Assembly (NCBI GenBank): GCA_015069195.1
Contig: SVJA01000004.1
Coordinates: 76,989 to 140,988, forward strand
DNA: 64,000 nt
Direction: 5' to 3'
DNA from: Oscillospiraceae bacterium
GTDB lineage: Bacteria; Bacillota; Clostridia; UBA1212
The translations under genes were made by a program, and so were the position numbers. The notes beneath the pieces were generated by a model. That model was not told the origin of the DNA and did not search any database. It was given only the letters and a program-made list of their open reading frames with translations. Of this stretch, positions 19,088 through 28,830 are shown piece by piece. Positions within the stretch are counted from its first letter, which is position 1. Each line of letters begins with the position of its first letter.

Positions 19088-20026
19088 ATGTCAGACAGAG
19101 ATTTGGTTTACGGATCAAGTGATGAAAATGATATTGATTTGTACGAGGAAAAGAAAAAGCTTCCTTTTGCTGCGAAAATGGTCCTTTTGGGAATTGCGGC
19201 GATAGCGGTAATTGCTATTGTGATTTACGCATACACATGGTACAAACGCCCGACAGTAGAGGAATTACAGGCATATAATAATCTTCAAAATCTTTTATAT
19301 GAAAAGAATTCTATGTATCTGTACAATGAAGGTTCTGACGGAACGTATTTAATAATGGGTGATGCGTATATGCAGACGGCGATGTTTTATAATAATTCAG
19401 AAAAATACAGCGCTGATTTAGAATACGACGGAAAGCGTTATGTAGTCGGTAAAGACGGCGAGTCTGTTTATTGCTTCCTTTCACAATTCACGCCATCATC
19501 GGTTTCAAAAAATATATTAAGTATGCATTTCTCGGGTATTACTCCTTCTGAGTACAACAAAAGACCTTCCGTAAAGGATGGTAAATATGTGTATGTGCTT
19601 GAGAAAAAAATCGGCTCGAATACGTTGAAAACGAAATTTGTTTTTAATAAGGACATGTCTGTGTCACAGATTTATATGGATGATATTCTTATTCAGAATA
19701 TTGAGTATGGTGTGCAAAAGGATGCCTTTGCACCTCTTGGAAAGTATGATCTGAAAGATACCGCTAAGGTGAATTTTATAAATATGTATGACCCGTCTGT
19801 CGAATATAAAACATATAATGTTCCGAAAGGTATGGGTATTACCGGTACTTTTCTTTCTTTTAATCCTAACGATCCTGATGCGGAAAGACCGTCGGAGCCT
19901 TGGCTTGGAATATATCTTGATAAAGAGTGTACAATTCCGATAGATGAAACTACAAAAATTGAGGAGAATACAACACTTTATCTGAATTTGCTCGGTGATG
20001 ACCGGGAAGTAGATCGGTACTTATGA
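19088..20026 (+). CDS. membrane-anchored hypothetical protein, paralog 1 (C-terminal InlB B-repeat-like)
   Basis: GGGAGG RBS before ATG 19088; one TM; similar to the next gene. Confidence 0.7.
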   Translation: MSDRDLVYGSSDENDIDLYEEKKKLPFAAKMVLLGIAAIAVIAIVIYAYTWYKRPTVEELQAYNNLQNLLYEKNSMYLYNEGSDGTYLIMGDAYMQTAMFYNNSEKYSADLEYDGKRYVVGKDGESVYCFLSQFTPSSVSKNILSMHFSGITPSEYNKRPSVKDGKYVYVLEKKIGSNTLKTKFVFNKDMSVSQIYMDDILIQNIEYGVQKDAFAPLGKYDLKDTAKVNFINMYDPSVEYKTYNVPKGMGITGTFLSFNPNDPDAERPSEPWLGIYLDKECTIPIDETTKIEENTTLYLNLLGDDREVDRYL

Positions 20027-20055
20027 AAAAATGATTAGTTGATAGGAGAAAAATT

Positions 20056-21012
20056 ATGAGAGAACACGAGGAAATGTACGGCAGAAATTCTGTGAGAGAT
20101 GGTTATATTGATTTGAATAAAATCGAAAAAGAAAAGAAGAAACTCTCTCCGACTATGATTAAAGTTCTTATAGGTATTGCGGCGGTGGCTTTGGTTGCTG
20201 TTGTTATTTATATAATTACATACTTTATGCGCCCGACTGTTGGTGAATTGCAGGATTTTAATACTCTGCAAAATCTTACTGAAAAGTACGGTACATTATA
20301 CTTGAGCACTGTAAATGAAAATGGTTCGGAAGGCAGTTATTTTGTAAAAGACGGAGAATATATACAGACCGCCAAATTCCGTGATTATCTTGGAGATTAC
20401 AAGATAGAACTTGAATATAACGATAAACGATATGTTGTAAGCAAAGATAAAACGGTTTACAGCTATTTATCAAACACACCTCCCGGATCGATTAAGCAAT
20501 TTGAAAATCTGTTTTTTGACATAATTCCTTTTGATGATTTGGATAAGCGACCGACTATAAAAGATGGTAAATATGTATACCGATATAAGCAGAATTTCGG
20601 AACTAATACGTCATATGTGGAATTTGTCTTCAATAAAGATATGTCTGTTTCAAAAATAGCTCTGAACAGTATGCAGGTATGGAATGTAGAGTACGGAGTT
20701 CAGAAAGATTTCTTTGAACCGTTGAAAAAATTTGACCTTAACGATTTGGTAAGAGTTAATTTGAAAAATATGTACGATCCGGACAACGAATTTGAGCCAC
20801 AATACGTCCCAAGAGGAATGTGTGTTACAGGTCATTTTTATGTAACATTATTTGTCCCTGATCCTGAAAATCAGAGTATAGATAATTCAGGAGTGGGAGT
20901 TCTTGAACTTTTTGCCGACAGCGCGTGTGTAGTTCCTTTCAAAGACGGTGATAAGGATTTACCGGTAGAAGAGGATATGACATTATATCTGAACTTGACT
21001 GATGCTGGATAG
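20056..21012 (+). CDS. membrane-anchored hypothetical protein, paralog 2
   Basis: shares RPTV.ELQ..N.LQNL, KDGKYVY, FVFNKDMSVS, EYGVQKD and TLYLNL with the upstream gene. Confidence 0.75.
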   Translation: MREHEEMYGRNSVRDGYIDLNKIEKEKKKLSPTMIKVLIGIAAVALVAVVIYIITYFMRPTVGELQDFNTLQNLTEKYGTLYLSTVNENGSEGSYFVKDGEYIQTAKFRDYLGDYKIELEYNDKRYVVSKDKTVYSYLSNTPPGSIKQFENLFFDIIPFDDLDKRPTIKDGKYVYRYKQNFGTNTSYVEFVFNKDMSVSKIALNSMQVWNVEYGVQKDFFEPLKKFDLNDLVRVNLKNMYDPDNEFEPQYVPRGMCVTGHFYVTLFVPDPENQSIDNSGVGVLELFADSACVVPFKDGDKDLPVEEDMTLYLNLTDAG

Positions 21013-21029
21013 AAAACAGAGTGATACCT

Positions 21030-22061
21030 ATGAAAAAACTTTTCGAAAAAATATTTCATTCCGATAATTTAGCGGTAAATTGCATTGTCAGATTTGTTTT
21101 GTTGTTTTTTTGGTGGTTTCATAACTATAGCGTAAATATGGAACTTTACGTATTGGACTATTACTCATACAAGTTGGCTATTTATCCGATGTTTGAGCCT
21201 TCATATCTGGCAGATACTACAACTTTTTTCTTTTTCCCGCTACTGTTTTTTTGGTTGTTTGATGCAATCTGGATTCAGCAAAACATAAGACCGTTAAAGA
21301 TACATGCTTATGAGTATAAAGAACAGAAAAAACGCTTGGTTATAAGGTACATAATAGAATTGATTGTTCCTTTGCTGCCGTTTTTGGTGGCATGCCCGAT
21401 TTTTTATTTATGTATGCCGGATACCCCGATGGGAAAATCCGCTATGGTTATTCAATGGTGGTTCATTGTAATGACCGGCGAATTTGTTTCGGGTATTGTG
21501 TTGTCGGTTCTTAGTGTGCTTTTGTTTGCGGTAGCATTTTTTATAGTTCCTTTTTATGTTTTTCCTCCTGTATTCAAGGTTGTAAGGGTTGCTTTTGCAG
21601 AATTGAAATACGCATTACTGCACGCAAAGTACATTTACTATGCTAAATTTGCACCCGAAGGCATCAGATTTTCTTTTGAAAGTAATACTCTTTACAGCAG
21701 TAAAATTAAAAAGATTTTCAAGGATTTCAATGAATATTTTGAACAGAACTATATTGACGGTTCTTTGAATAAAAAGATTATGTGTTACATCTATTCAAAT
21801 GCTTCCGATAATTTGCCTAAGAAAGTCGGAGTATATATGACGACGGATAGTGTTTTTGCGGTTGCAGAGTGCGATTTTGCAAGATACAAAAATGATTTTG
21901 ATGAGGATAATATTCTCGAAGAAATATTGATTGCTTTGCCTGCGGCTTTTGAAAAAATCGAACTTAAATATCCGGAGTTTAATGCTAATGAGAAAACTGA
22001 GATGCTTTATAGGTGTGCCGACGCTTTCTATCCAAAGGACAGCGGACTGAAAAGATTGTAA
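21030..22061 (+). CDS. multi-pass membrane protein with soluble C-terminal domain
   Basis: about 4-5 hydrophobic segments followed by a ~130-aa hydrophilic domain. Confidence 0.65.
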   Translation: MKKLFEKIFHSDNLAVNCIVRFVLLFFWWFHNYSVNMELYVLDYYSYKLAIYPMFEPSYLADTTTFFFFPLLFFWLFDAIWIQQNIRPLKIHAYEYKEQKKRLVIRYIIELIVPLLPFLVACPIFYLCMPDTPMGKSAMVIQWWFIVMTGEFVSGIVLSVLSVLLFAVAFFIVPFYVFPPVFKVVRVAFAELKYALLHAKYIYYAKFAPEGIRFSFESNTLYSSKIKKIFKDFNEYFEQNYIDGSLNKKIMCYIYSNASDNLPKKVGVYMTTDSVFAVAECDFARYKNDFDEDNILEEILIALPAAFEKIELKYPEFNANEKTEMLYRCADAFYPKDSGLKRL

Positions 22062-22205
22062 AATTTTTAAAAAATTAACAAAAAAATTTTTCGGAAATAC
22101 TTCACATACGACGAGATTGTGATATAATATTCCAGTCAAACTAATGGTTGGTTTATTGAATTGAATCATTCGTGTGATGATACTTAAATAAGGAGATAAC
22201 TATTT

Positions 22206-22889
22206 ATGAAGAAACTTTATGAAGGTAAAACAAAAAATGTTCTTCTTGACGAAGAGACAGGCATAGTTCACTTGTTCTTTAAGGACAGCGCTACAGGCGA
22301 AAACGGTGTTTTCGATCCCGGTTCAAACTCAGTTGGCGGAAGCGTTGAAGGTAAAGGTAAAGTAGGTCTTGCAGTTTCGAAATATTTCTTTGAATTGATG
22401 GAGAAAAACGGAATTCCGACACACTATATTGATTGTGATATCGACCAAGGTTTGATGAAGGTTCGTAACCTCACAGTTCCGAGACTCGAATTCGTTTTGC
22501 GTTACTTCACAGCAGGTAGTATGTGCAGAAGATTTACACTCGATGAGGGTATAGTATTTGATCCTCCGTACGCAGAAGTTACTTTGAAAGACGACGAGCA
22601 GGGCGATCCGCTTATCAGCGAGAGAATTTGTATTATGAAAGGTATCCTTTCCGAAGGTCAGTATGACGAGGCTCTCGATATTCTCGTAAAAGTCGGTGCA
22701 GTTCTTCGTGAAGAGCTTAAGAAGATGGATCTTACACTTATCGACTTCAAGATTGAGATCGGATATGACGAGAACGGCAAGGTCTATGTTGCTGACGAGA
22801 TTACTCCTGACATCTGGAGAGTTCGTGATACAAACGGAAATATTCCGAACCAGATTGATTGCGCAAAGATGATTCTTGAGAAACTTTGA
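22206..22889 (+). CDS. purC: SAICAR synthetase
   Basis: LYEGKTK, FKDSATG, LKDDEQGDP, DFKIEIG, ADEITPD. Confidence 0.93.
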   Translation: MKKLYEGKTKNVLLDEETGIVHLFFKDSATGENGVFDPGSNSVGGSVEGKGKVGLAVSKYFFELMEKNGIPTHYIDCDIDQGLMKVRNLTVPRLEFVLRYFTAGSMCRRFTLDEGIVFDPPYAEVTLKDDEQGDPLISERICIMKGILSEGQYDEALDILVKVGAVLREELKKMDLTLIDFKIEIGYDENGKVYVADEITPDIWRVRDTNGNIPNQIDCAKMILEKL

Positions 22890-22926
22890 TTTTGCGATCG
22901 GAACATTTTGAATATTATAAAAATTC

Positions 22927-22966
22927 AGCACGGCAAAAGTGTTCATACTCTTTTGCCGTGCTTTTT
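22927..22966. terminator. terminator between convergent genes
   Basis: AGCACGGCAAAAG...CTTTTGCCGTGCTTTTT. Confidence 0.8.
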
Positions 22967-23001
22967 GATTTGTGATCAAATATTATTTGTTGCGTGAAAA
23001 A

Positions 23002-23769
23002 TTAAAATTCAATCTCTATGCCGTCAAACGCTGTTTTCATACCGAATTCTGCAAGGATTTTCTCTGTCTCTTCGTGTGGCAGGTGGAGTGTTCTTGCAAG
23101 GTGTGAAGCAATGATTTTTCCGTTGGGTGCAATCATGTTTTGCTCCCGCATCTCTTTTGTCATGACTCTTAACATCGGAATGGTATTGTGTTCGAAGATT
23201 CTCCAATCGTGGCTGTCGCCTACGGTACAATCCAAAACCGATATATCGAATGTGTGCTTTAACATTTCTTCCCACGAAGGCCTTAAAAACCACGCCCCGT
23301 CAAGTCCGTAAAACAGTTTTCTGCCGTCCGGTGCCTTTATTATGTAGTGGAACGCACGGCTTTTGCCGCCTATGATAACATCATGGTTTGCGAGTAACGG
23401 GATTATTTCATAATTTCCGACAGTATAAGTTTTGAGCGGCTCGAAGAATAAATATTCAATATTTTCGTGATCCCCGACGAAGTCATATATGCTTTCTGCA
23501 CCGCACAACAATATTTTTTGCTTTTCTGCAATTTTTGCTATGCTCTCAGCATACAAGTGGTCATCGTGATCGTGTGTTATGAGAATATATTTGACTTTGT
23601 CAAAAAGTTCCGGATTGTTGCAATCATTGAGATAGTCAAAAATATGCGGTCCGCAGTCTAACATGAGCTCATTGTTGAGGAGTGCAGCGGAGTTTCTGCG
23701 GAAGAAATTTGTTTTGTCATTGACATCCCAATCGGCAGCGCCTGTACCTAAAAAAAGTAATTCATTCAT
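23002..23769 (-). CDS. MBL-fold metallo-hydrolase (PhnP-like)
   Basis: FLGTGAAD, THDHDDH, ANH, SH motifs; GGAGG RBS. Confidence 0.85.
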   Translation of the reverse strand: MNELLFLGTGAADWDVNDKTNFFRRNSAALLNNELMLDCGPHIFDYLNDCNNPELFDKVKYILITHDHDDHLYAESIAKIAEKQKILLCGAESIYDFVGDHENIEYLFFEPLKTYTVGNYEIIPLLANHDVIIGGKSRAFHYIIKAPDGRKLFYGLDGAWFLRPSWEEMLKHTFDISVLDCTVGDSHDWRIFEHNTIPMLRVMTKEMREQNMIAPNGKIIASHLARTLHLPHEETEKILAEFGMKTAFDGIEIEF

Positions 23770-23868
23770 CAAGCGGCCTCCTACTATATTTTGTTGATTA
23801 ATTGAGGTCATTATACCACAAAAAGATAATCCGACAATAATTTAAAAATATAAAGCAATGGTTTTTGA

Positions 23869-23897
23869 TTGACAGTGAGACATTTATTTTGTATACT
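23869..23897 (+). promoter_or_regulatory. sigmaA promoter of rny
   Basis: TTGACA-N17-TATACT. Confidence 0.75.
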
Positions 23898-23983
23898 AAA
23901 CGGGTATAAGTTTCTGCATTTATAACGTTCAGATAAATGAGTACTTTGATAATCAAATATTTTTATAGAAAGGGGAGTATATC

Positions 23984-25570
23984 ATGGATCCCATTGTGAT
24001 AATACTACTGATAGCCCTCCCCTTAATTTCCGCACTTCTTGTCGGTCTTATTTGCTGGAAAGTTTCCGGTAAAAAAGGCGAGACCAGAGGTTATGAACTC
24101 AGAAAAAAAGAAGCTGAAGCTATTTTCCAGAGCGCAGAAGCCGAGGGAAAGCGTATGATTGGTGAAGCTGCCAAAGAAGGAGAACGCAAAAAACGCGAAT
24201 ATCTTTTGGCTGCTAAAGAAGAGATACACAAAAGCAGAATTGAACTTGAGAAGGAAATTAAGGACAGACGCAACGAAGTCCAACAAGGTGAGCGTCGCTT
24301 GATACAAAAAGAGGAAAATTTGGACAAAAAACTCGATGCTTTGGAGCAGAGAGAAAAACAGCTCAATGAAAATGTTGCCGAAATTCAGAAAATTGAGGCG
24401 CAGACAAAAGAGTTGTATGCAAAGCAGCAGGCAGAGCTTGAAAGAATTTCATGCTTGTCCAGAGAAGAGGCTCGTACTTATCTTCTCGCAAATGTCGAAA
24501 ATGACATTCGTCACGAAACTGTTGCCCTTATGAAAGAATATGAGGCTCAGCTCAAAGACGAGTGCGATAGAAAAGCTAAAGAAGTTATCGGTGCTGCTAT
24601 TCAGAAGTGTGCTGCTGACTATGTTTCGGAAATGACTGTTTCTGTTGTACCGCTCCCGAACGAAGATATGAAAGGTCGTATCATCGGTCGTGAAGGTCGT
24701 AACATCAGAGCTCTCGAAACACTTACAGGTATCGATCTTATTATCGATGATACACCGGAAGCCGTTATTCTTTCCGGCTACCATCCGATCAGAAGAGAAG
24801 TTGCCCGTATCGCTCTCGAACGTCTTATCGTTGACGGCAGAATTCATCCTGCCAGAATCGAAGAGATGGTTGAGAAAGCTAAAAAAGAAGTTGATAACGT
24901 TATTCGTCAGGAAGGCGAAAATGCTACTTACGAAACCGGCGTTTACGGTTTGCATCCTGAGATGATAAAACTTCTCGGACGTCTCAAATACCGTACAAGC
25001 TACGGTCAGAGCGTTCTTATTCACTCGATAGAAGTTTCCAGACTTGCAGGTGTTATGGCAGCAGAACTCGGTGTAGACGTAAATCTTGCGAAGAGAGCAG
25101 GGCTTGTTCACGATATCGGAAAGTCTGTTGACTTTGAGCAGGAAGGTTCACACATCGAAATCGGTGCAGAGCTTGCAAAGCGTTACAAAGAGAGTCCCGA
25201 AGTTATCAATGCTATTATGTCTCACCACGGCGATGTAGAGCCTACTTCGATTATCTCCGTTCTTGTACAGGCAGCTGACTCTATCTCAGCCGCAAGACCC
25301 GGTGCCAGAAGAGAAACTCTCGAAGCTTATGTTAAACGTCTCGAAAAACTCGAAGAGATTGCACAGTCATTCGACGGTGTTGACAAAACTTATGCGATTC
25401 AGGCTGGTCGTGAAATCCGTATCATGGTTAAGCCTGATAAGATTTCCGATGACGATATGGTTATTCTTTCAAAGGATATCGCAAAGAAGATCGAGGACGA
25501 TATGGAATATCCCGGTCAGATAAAGGTAACAATGATTCGCGAAACACGCGAGGTTGCTACCGCAAAATAA
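23984..25570 (+). CDS. rny: ribonuclease Y
   Basis: N-terminal TM, coiled coil, KH ([13 protein letters not shown]), HD domain (HDIGK). Confidence 0.97.
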   Translation: MDPIVIILLIALPLISALLVGLICWKVSGKKGETRGYELRKKEAEAIFQSAEAEGKRMIGEAAKEGERKKREYLLAAKEEIHKSRIELEKEIKDRRNEVQQGERRLIQKEENLDKKLDALEQREKQLNENVAEIQKIEAQTKELYAKQQAELERISCLSREEARTYLLANVENDIRHETVALMKEYEAQLKDECDRKAKEVIGAAIQKCAADYVSEMTVSVVPLPNEDMKGRIIGREGRNIRALETLTGIDLIIDDTPEAVILSGYHPIRREVARIALERLIVDGRIHPARIEEMVEKAKKEVDNVIRQEGENATYETGVYGLHPEMIKLLGRLKYRTSYGQSVLIHSIEVSRLAGVMAAELGVDVNLAKRAGLVHDIGKSVDFEQEGSHIEIGAELAKRYKESPEVINAIMSHHGDVEPTSIISVLVQAADSISAARPGARRETLEAYVKRLEKLEEIAQSFDGVDKTYAIQAGREIRIMVKPDKISDDDMVILSKDIAKKIEDDMEYPGQIKVTMIRETREVATAK

Positions 25571-25605
25571 TCATAAAAGGTTATTTAACAAAGTACAAAA
25601 ATTAT

Positions 25606-25649
25606 AACGCCGCCGCAATTTCGTCGCAGACGAAATTGCGGCGGCGTTT
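25606..25649 (+). terminator. terminator after rny
   Basis: AACGCCGCCGCAATTTCGTC-GCA-GACGAAATTGCGGCGGCGTTT. Confidence 0.8.
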
Positions 25650-25798
25650 GTATCTGAAAATTTCCACGGAAATTTTACCTGATGAAACAATAATTGATGA
25701 AAATTTCGGGGAATAATGGTTTAATATGGTGTTGAGTTTGATATAATTTATGTTACAATATCACAACACAGCTTTTACTGTGACTTTACAAAGAGGAG

Positions 25799-26278
25799 GT
25801 GTCATCGGCTGTGGTAGATAAGTCTAAAAAAATTGTTGCTCAAAACAGAAAAGCGCATCACGATTACTTTATCGAAGAGACTATCGAGTGCGGTATAGTT
25901 CTAGCCGGTACTGAGGTTAAATCGCTTCGTGCAGGTAAGGTGAATTTGCGTGAGTCCTATGCAGTTGTGCGAAACGGCGAAGTTTTTGTTTGCGGTATGC
26001 ACATCAGCCCCTATGAGCATGGCAATATTTTTAACAAAGATCCGCTGCGTGACCGAAAGCTCCTTCTTCACAAAAAGGAAATACGCAGACTTATCGGTTA
26101 CGTTCAGCAGAAAGGTTTGACACTCGTACCGGTGGACTTGTATTTCATTAGAGGAAAGGCTAAAATAACTATAGGCGTTGCCAGAGGTAAAAAGCTTTAT
26201 GATAAGCGTGACGACATGGCGGCGCGTGAGACTTCCAGAGAGATCGACAGACGACTTAAGGAGTCTTTCAGAGAGTGA
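25799..26278 (+). CDS. smpB: SsrA-binding protein
   Basis: [34 protein letters not shown]; GTG at 25811 may be the real start. Confidence 0.97.
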   Translation: MSSAVVDKSKKIVAQNRKAHHDYFIEETIECGIVLAGTEVKSLRAGKVNLRESYAVVRNGEVFVCGMHISPYEHGNIFNKDPLRDRKLLLHKKEIRRLIGYVQQKGLTLVPVDLYFIRGKAKITIGVARGKKLYDKRDDMAARETSREIDRRLKESFRE

Positions 26279-26303
26279 GCTATATTATCGCAACCCACTT
26301 TTC

Positions 26304-26681
26304 GGGGATGTCTTGGTTTCGACGGGGTCGTTGATACACAGACGGCGAGCGGAGGATTCTCGTTGGCCTCCATAAAAACGAGAAATTTAAAATTAAACGC
26401 TGATAATAAATTAGCTCTTCAGGCTGCCTAAGCGCGCCTCGTCGGCATAAAGGTATTCCGAGCCTTTAGTGTCCGGCGTCAGTAAATCGGACCCGACAAC
26501 ACGTAGGTTAGCGTTGTGAACGGTGCAGCCAAAGCTTTGAGGCTGCATGGCTCTTATGAAGCTAGCGCCATAGCGAACCTGTCTGCTGGTGCACTATGAC
26601 GGGAATTTAAATAACAGACTACGCTCGTAGATGTCCGTGGGGATTCGGTTTCGGACAGGAGTTCGATTCTCCTCATCTCCA
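26304..26681 (+). ncRNA. ssrA: tmRNA; tag (A)ADNKLALQAA* at 26399-26431; 3' CCA not encoded
   Basis: 5' GGGGATG..GGTTTCGAC, 3' T-arm GTTCGATT and CATCTCCA acceptor strand; directly follows smpB. Confidence 0.95.
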
Positions 26682-26688
26682 TAAGAAA

Positions 26689-26729
26689 AAAGCAAGTGCC
26701 GTTTCGTTATGCGAAACGGCACTTGCTTT
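26689..26729 (+). terminator. terminator after ssrA
   Basis: AAAGCAAGTGCCGTTTCG...CGAAACGGCACTTGCTTT. Confidence 0.85.
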
Positions 26730-26875
26730 ATACTTCATCGAAATTATTTTTTAATCGATTTTTACATAATTCAAACAAAATGACTTTGTCAACCAATAAT
26801 ATACCCGATTAAAGTTACTTAAATATTGTAAATCAAAGCATGGTAAATTAAAATCAGTATATGAGGAGGTGCAAT

Positions 26876-27553
26876 ATGGATTCAATAGGTTTGATTATAC
26901 GAAAATACAGACAGAAAAAAGACCTTACTCAGGAAGAATTGGGAAAGTCTGTTTTTGTAAGTAAACAATCGGTTTCAAAGTGGGAAAACGGAAGATCTCT
27001 TCCGGACATTGAAACAGTACGCAAGTTATGTACTGTTTTAGATATTGATCGTGATGAGATTATTGAAGGCTCGGTAAAAAACGTAAAAAGGCAACGTGTG
27101 TATTTGGTTGTAAGTTTTGTTATTGCTGTGATATTTTTTCTGACAGCGATATTTTTTATATTTGATGTTCCCGGTTATGTTGAACGGAATATGCAATCAG
27201 GAGTAGCTTATCTGACTGTTTTTGACGGTGGTGAACTGATTCTGTCAGAAGAATATACCGTCAGCACTGATTTAAAATGCAAAGATGTTGTCAACGGATA
27301 TAAAATTGATATTGATTACGGCGAGGTACGCGGCAAGATTGATTTTCCCGGGAAATATCGGATGGAATACGGTTTCATAAACACTAATAATTGGCACAAC
27401 GTTCAGATCAGACTTGATATTACAAATCAAGATGGTTTGGTTACTGTAAGGCAAACAATAACATATGAATCCGATGATGGACTTAGTGTTTTGGTGGACG
27501 AGTCTGTTTCAAATGATGACAGATATGTTTCTGTATTTCGTGATGGTGTGTAG
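26876..27553 (+). CDS. XRE-family HTH regulator with TM and extracytoplasmic domain
   Basis: LTQEELG..VSKQSVSKWENGRSLPD, then a TM segment; GGAGGTG RBS. Confidence 0.85.
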   Translation: MDSIGLIIRKYRQKKDLTQEELGKSVFVSKQSVSKWENGRSLPDIETVRKLCTVLDIDRDEIIEGSVKNVKRQRVYLVVSFVIAVIFFLTAIFFIFDVPGYVERNMQSGVAYLTVFDGGELILSEEYTVSTDLKCKDVVNGYKIDIDYGEVRGKIDFPGKYRMEYGFINTNNWHNVQIRLDITNQDGLVTVRQTITYESDDGLSVLVDESVSNDDRYVSVFRDGV

Positions 27554-27703
27554 TGTGTTATTTGCATAAAAGTTTAAGAAATATTTATTCCGGAATGCTA
27601 TGAAAAAGTATGTGTATATGGTATAAATAAAAATGAATGGTACAAAGTAAAAAGTCGAAAAGATAGAAAGTATATTTGCAATACTTTGAAATGAGGAAAT
27701 TTT

Positions 27704-28630
27704 ATGAAAATTTATAACAGAATAGATGAACTTGTAGGCAAAACACCGCTTATGAGATTAAATAATTACGAAAAGAAAAACGGTCTGAATGCGACAATTC
27801 TTGCAAAGCTTGAATGTTTTAATCCGGCAGGCAGTGTAAAAGACAGAGTTGCTGCCGTGTTTATAGACGAGGCGGAGAAGAAAGGTTTCTTGAAAGAGGG
27901 CTCGGTTATCATTGAGCCGACAAGCGGAAATACCGGTATCGGACTTGCTGCAATAGGTACGGCCAGAGGTTATAGAGTTATACTTACGATGCCTGATACT
28001 ATGAGTGTAGAGAGAAGAAATTTGCTTAAGGCGTATGGCGCAGAGATTGTATTGACTCCGGGTGCTGACGGTATGAGAGGTGCTATTGAGAAGGCGACGG
28101 AGCTTGCCGGTGAAATAAAAGGAAGCTATATTCCGGGACAGTTTACAAATCCTGCCAATCCTGCGGCGCACATTGCTTCGACAGGTCCTGAGATATGGCA
28201 GGATACTGACGGAAAAGTTGATATATTTGTTGCAGGAGCCGGCACAGGCGGTACTGTTTCCGGTGTCGGTGCATATTTGAAAAAACAAAACCCGAATATA
28301 AAAATTGTTGCGGTAGAACCTGAAAATTCTCCTGTTATTTCCAGGGGTATATCGGGAACTCACGGTTTACAAGGTATTGGTGCAGGATTTATTCCGGAAA
28401 CACTAGATGTGGATATAATTGACGAGGTCATTACCGTTACTGAGGAACAGGCTTATACAGCAGGCAGGGCGATGGCTTGTGATGAAGGCGTGCTCGTTGG
28501 TGTTTCATCGGGTGCGGCACTTTATGCGGCTATACAGCTTGCGAAAAGAACTGAAAATGCCGGAAAAAGTATCGTGGTATTGCTTCCGGATTCCGGTGAA
28601 AGATACCTTTCTACACCGATGTTTTTATAA
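27704..28630 (+). CDS. cysK: cysteine synthase A
   Basis: NPAGSVKDR, EPTSGNTG, GTGGT, GIGAGF. Confidence 0.96.
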   Translation: MKIYNRIDELVGKTPLMRLNNYEKKNGLNATILAKLECFNPAGSVKDRVAAVFIDEAEKKGFLKEGSVIIEPTSGNTGIGLAAIGTARGYRVILTMPDTMSVERRNLLKAYGAEIVLTPGADGMRGAIEKATELAGEIKGSYIPGQFTNPANPAAHIASTGPEIWQDTDGKVDIFVAGAGTGGTVSGVGAYLKKQNPNIKIVAVEPENSPVISRGISGTHGLQGIGAGFIPETLDVDIIDEVITVTEEQAYTAGRAMACDEGVLVGVSSGAALYAAIQLAKRTENAGKSIVVLLPDSGERYLSTPMFL

Positions 28631-28830
28631 TATTCAAATAAAAATCCAATTACAATTAATAGTCCGAAATGCGGTGCGGAAGCATTGTGTTTCGGATTTT
28701 TATATAAAAATTTTTAACTTTTTATAAAGTGCTTTTATATAGAGGAAAATCGTGGTAAAATAAACATGTATAGTGTGAAAGTTCACGCGGGTTGTTGACA
28801 TTTTTTCAGTAAAAAAAGTGAGGCTTTAAT

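Noticed and set aside
22100-22205. Purine or ZTP riboswitch upstream of purC
   Set aside because: No recognisable aptamer consensus and no terminator in the short leader
22329-25111. Long antisense ORFs (22329-22979, 24449-25111 and similar elsewhere)
   Set aside because: Shadow frames of conserved genes with biased codon usage; no RBS or motifs
26682-27600. Genomic island integrated at ssrA
   Set aside because: No integrase and no duplicated ssrA 3' end seen; only an XRE gene lies before cysK
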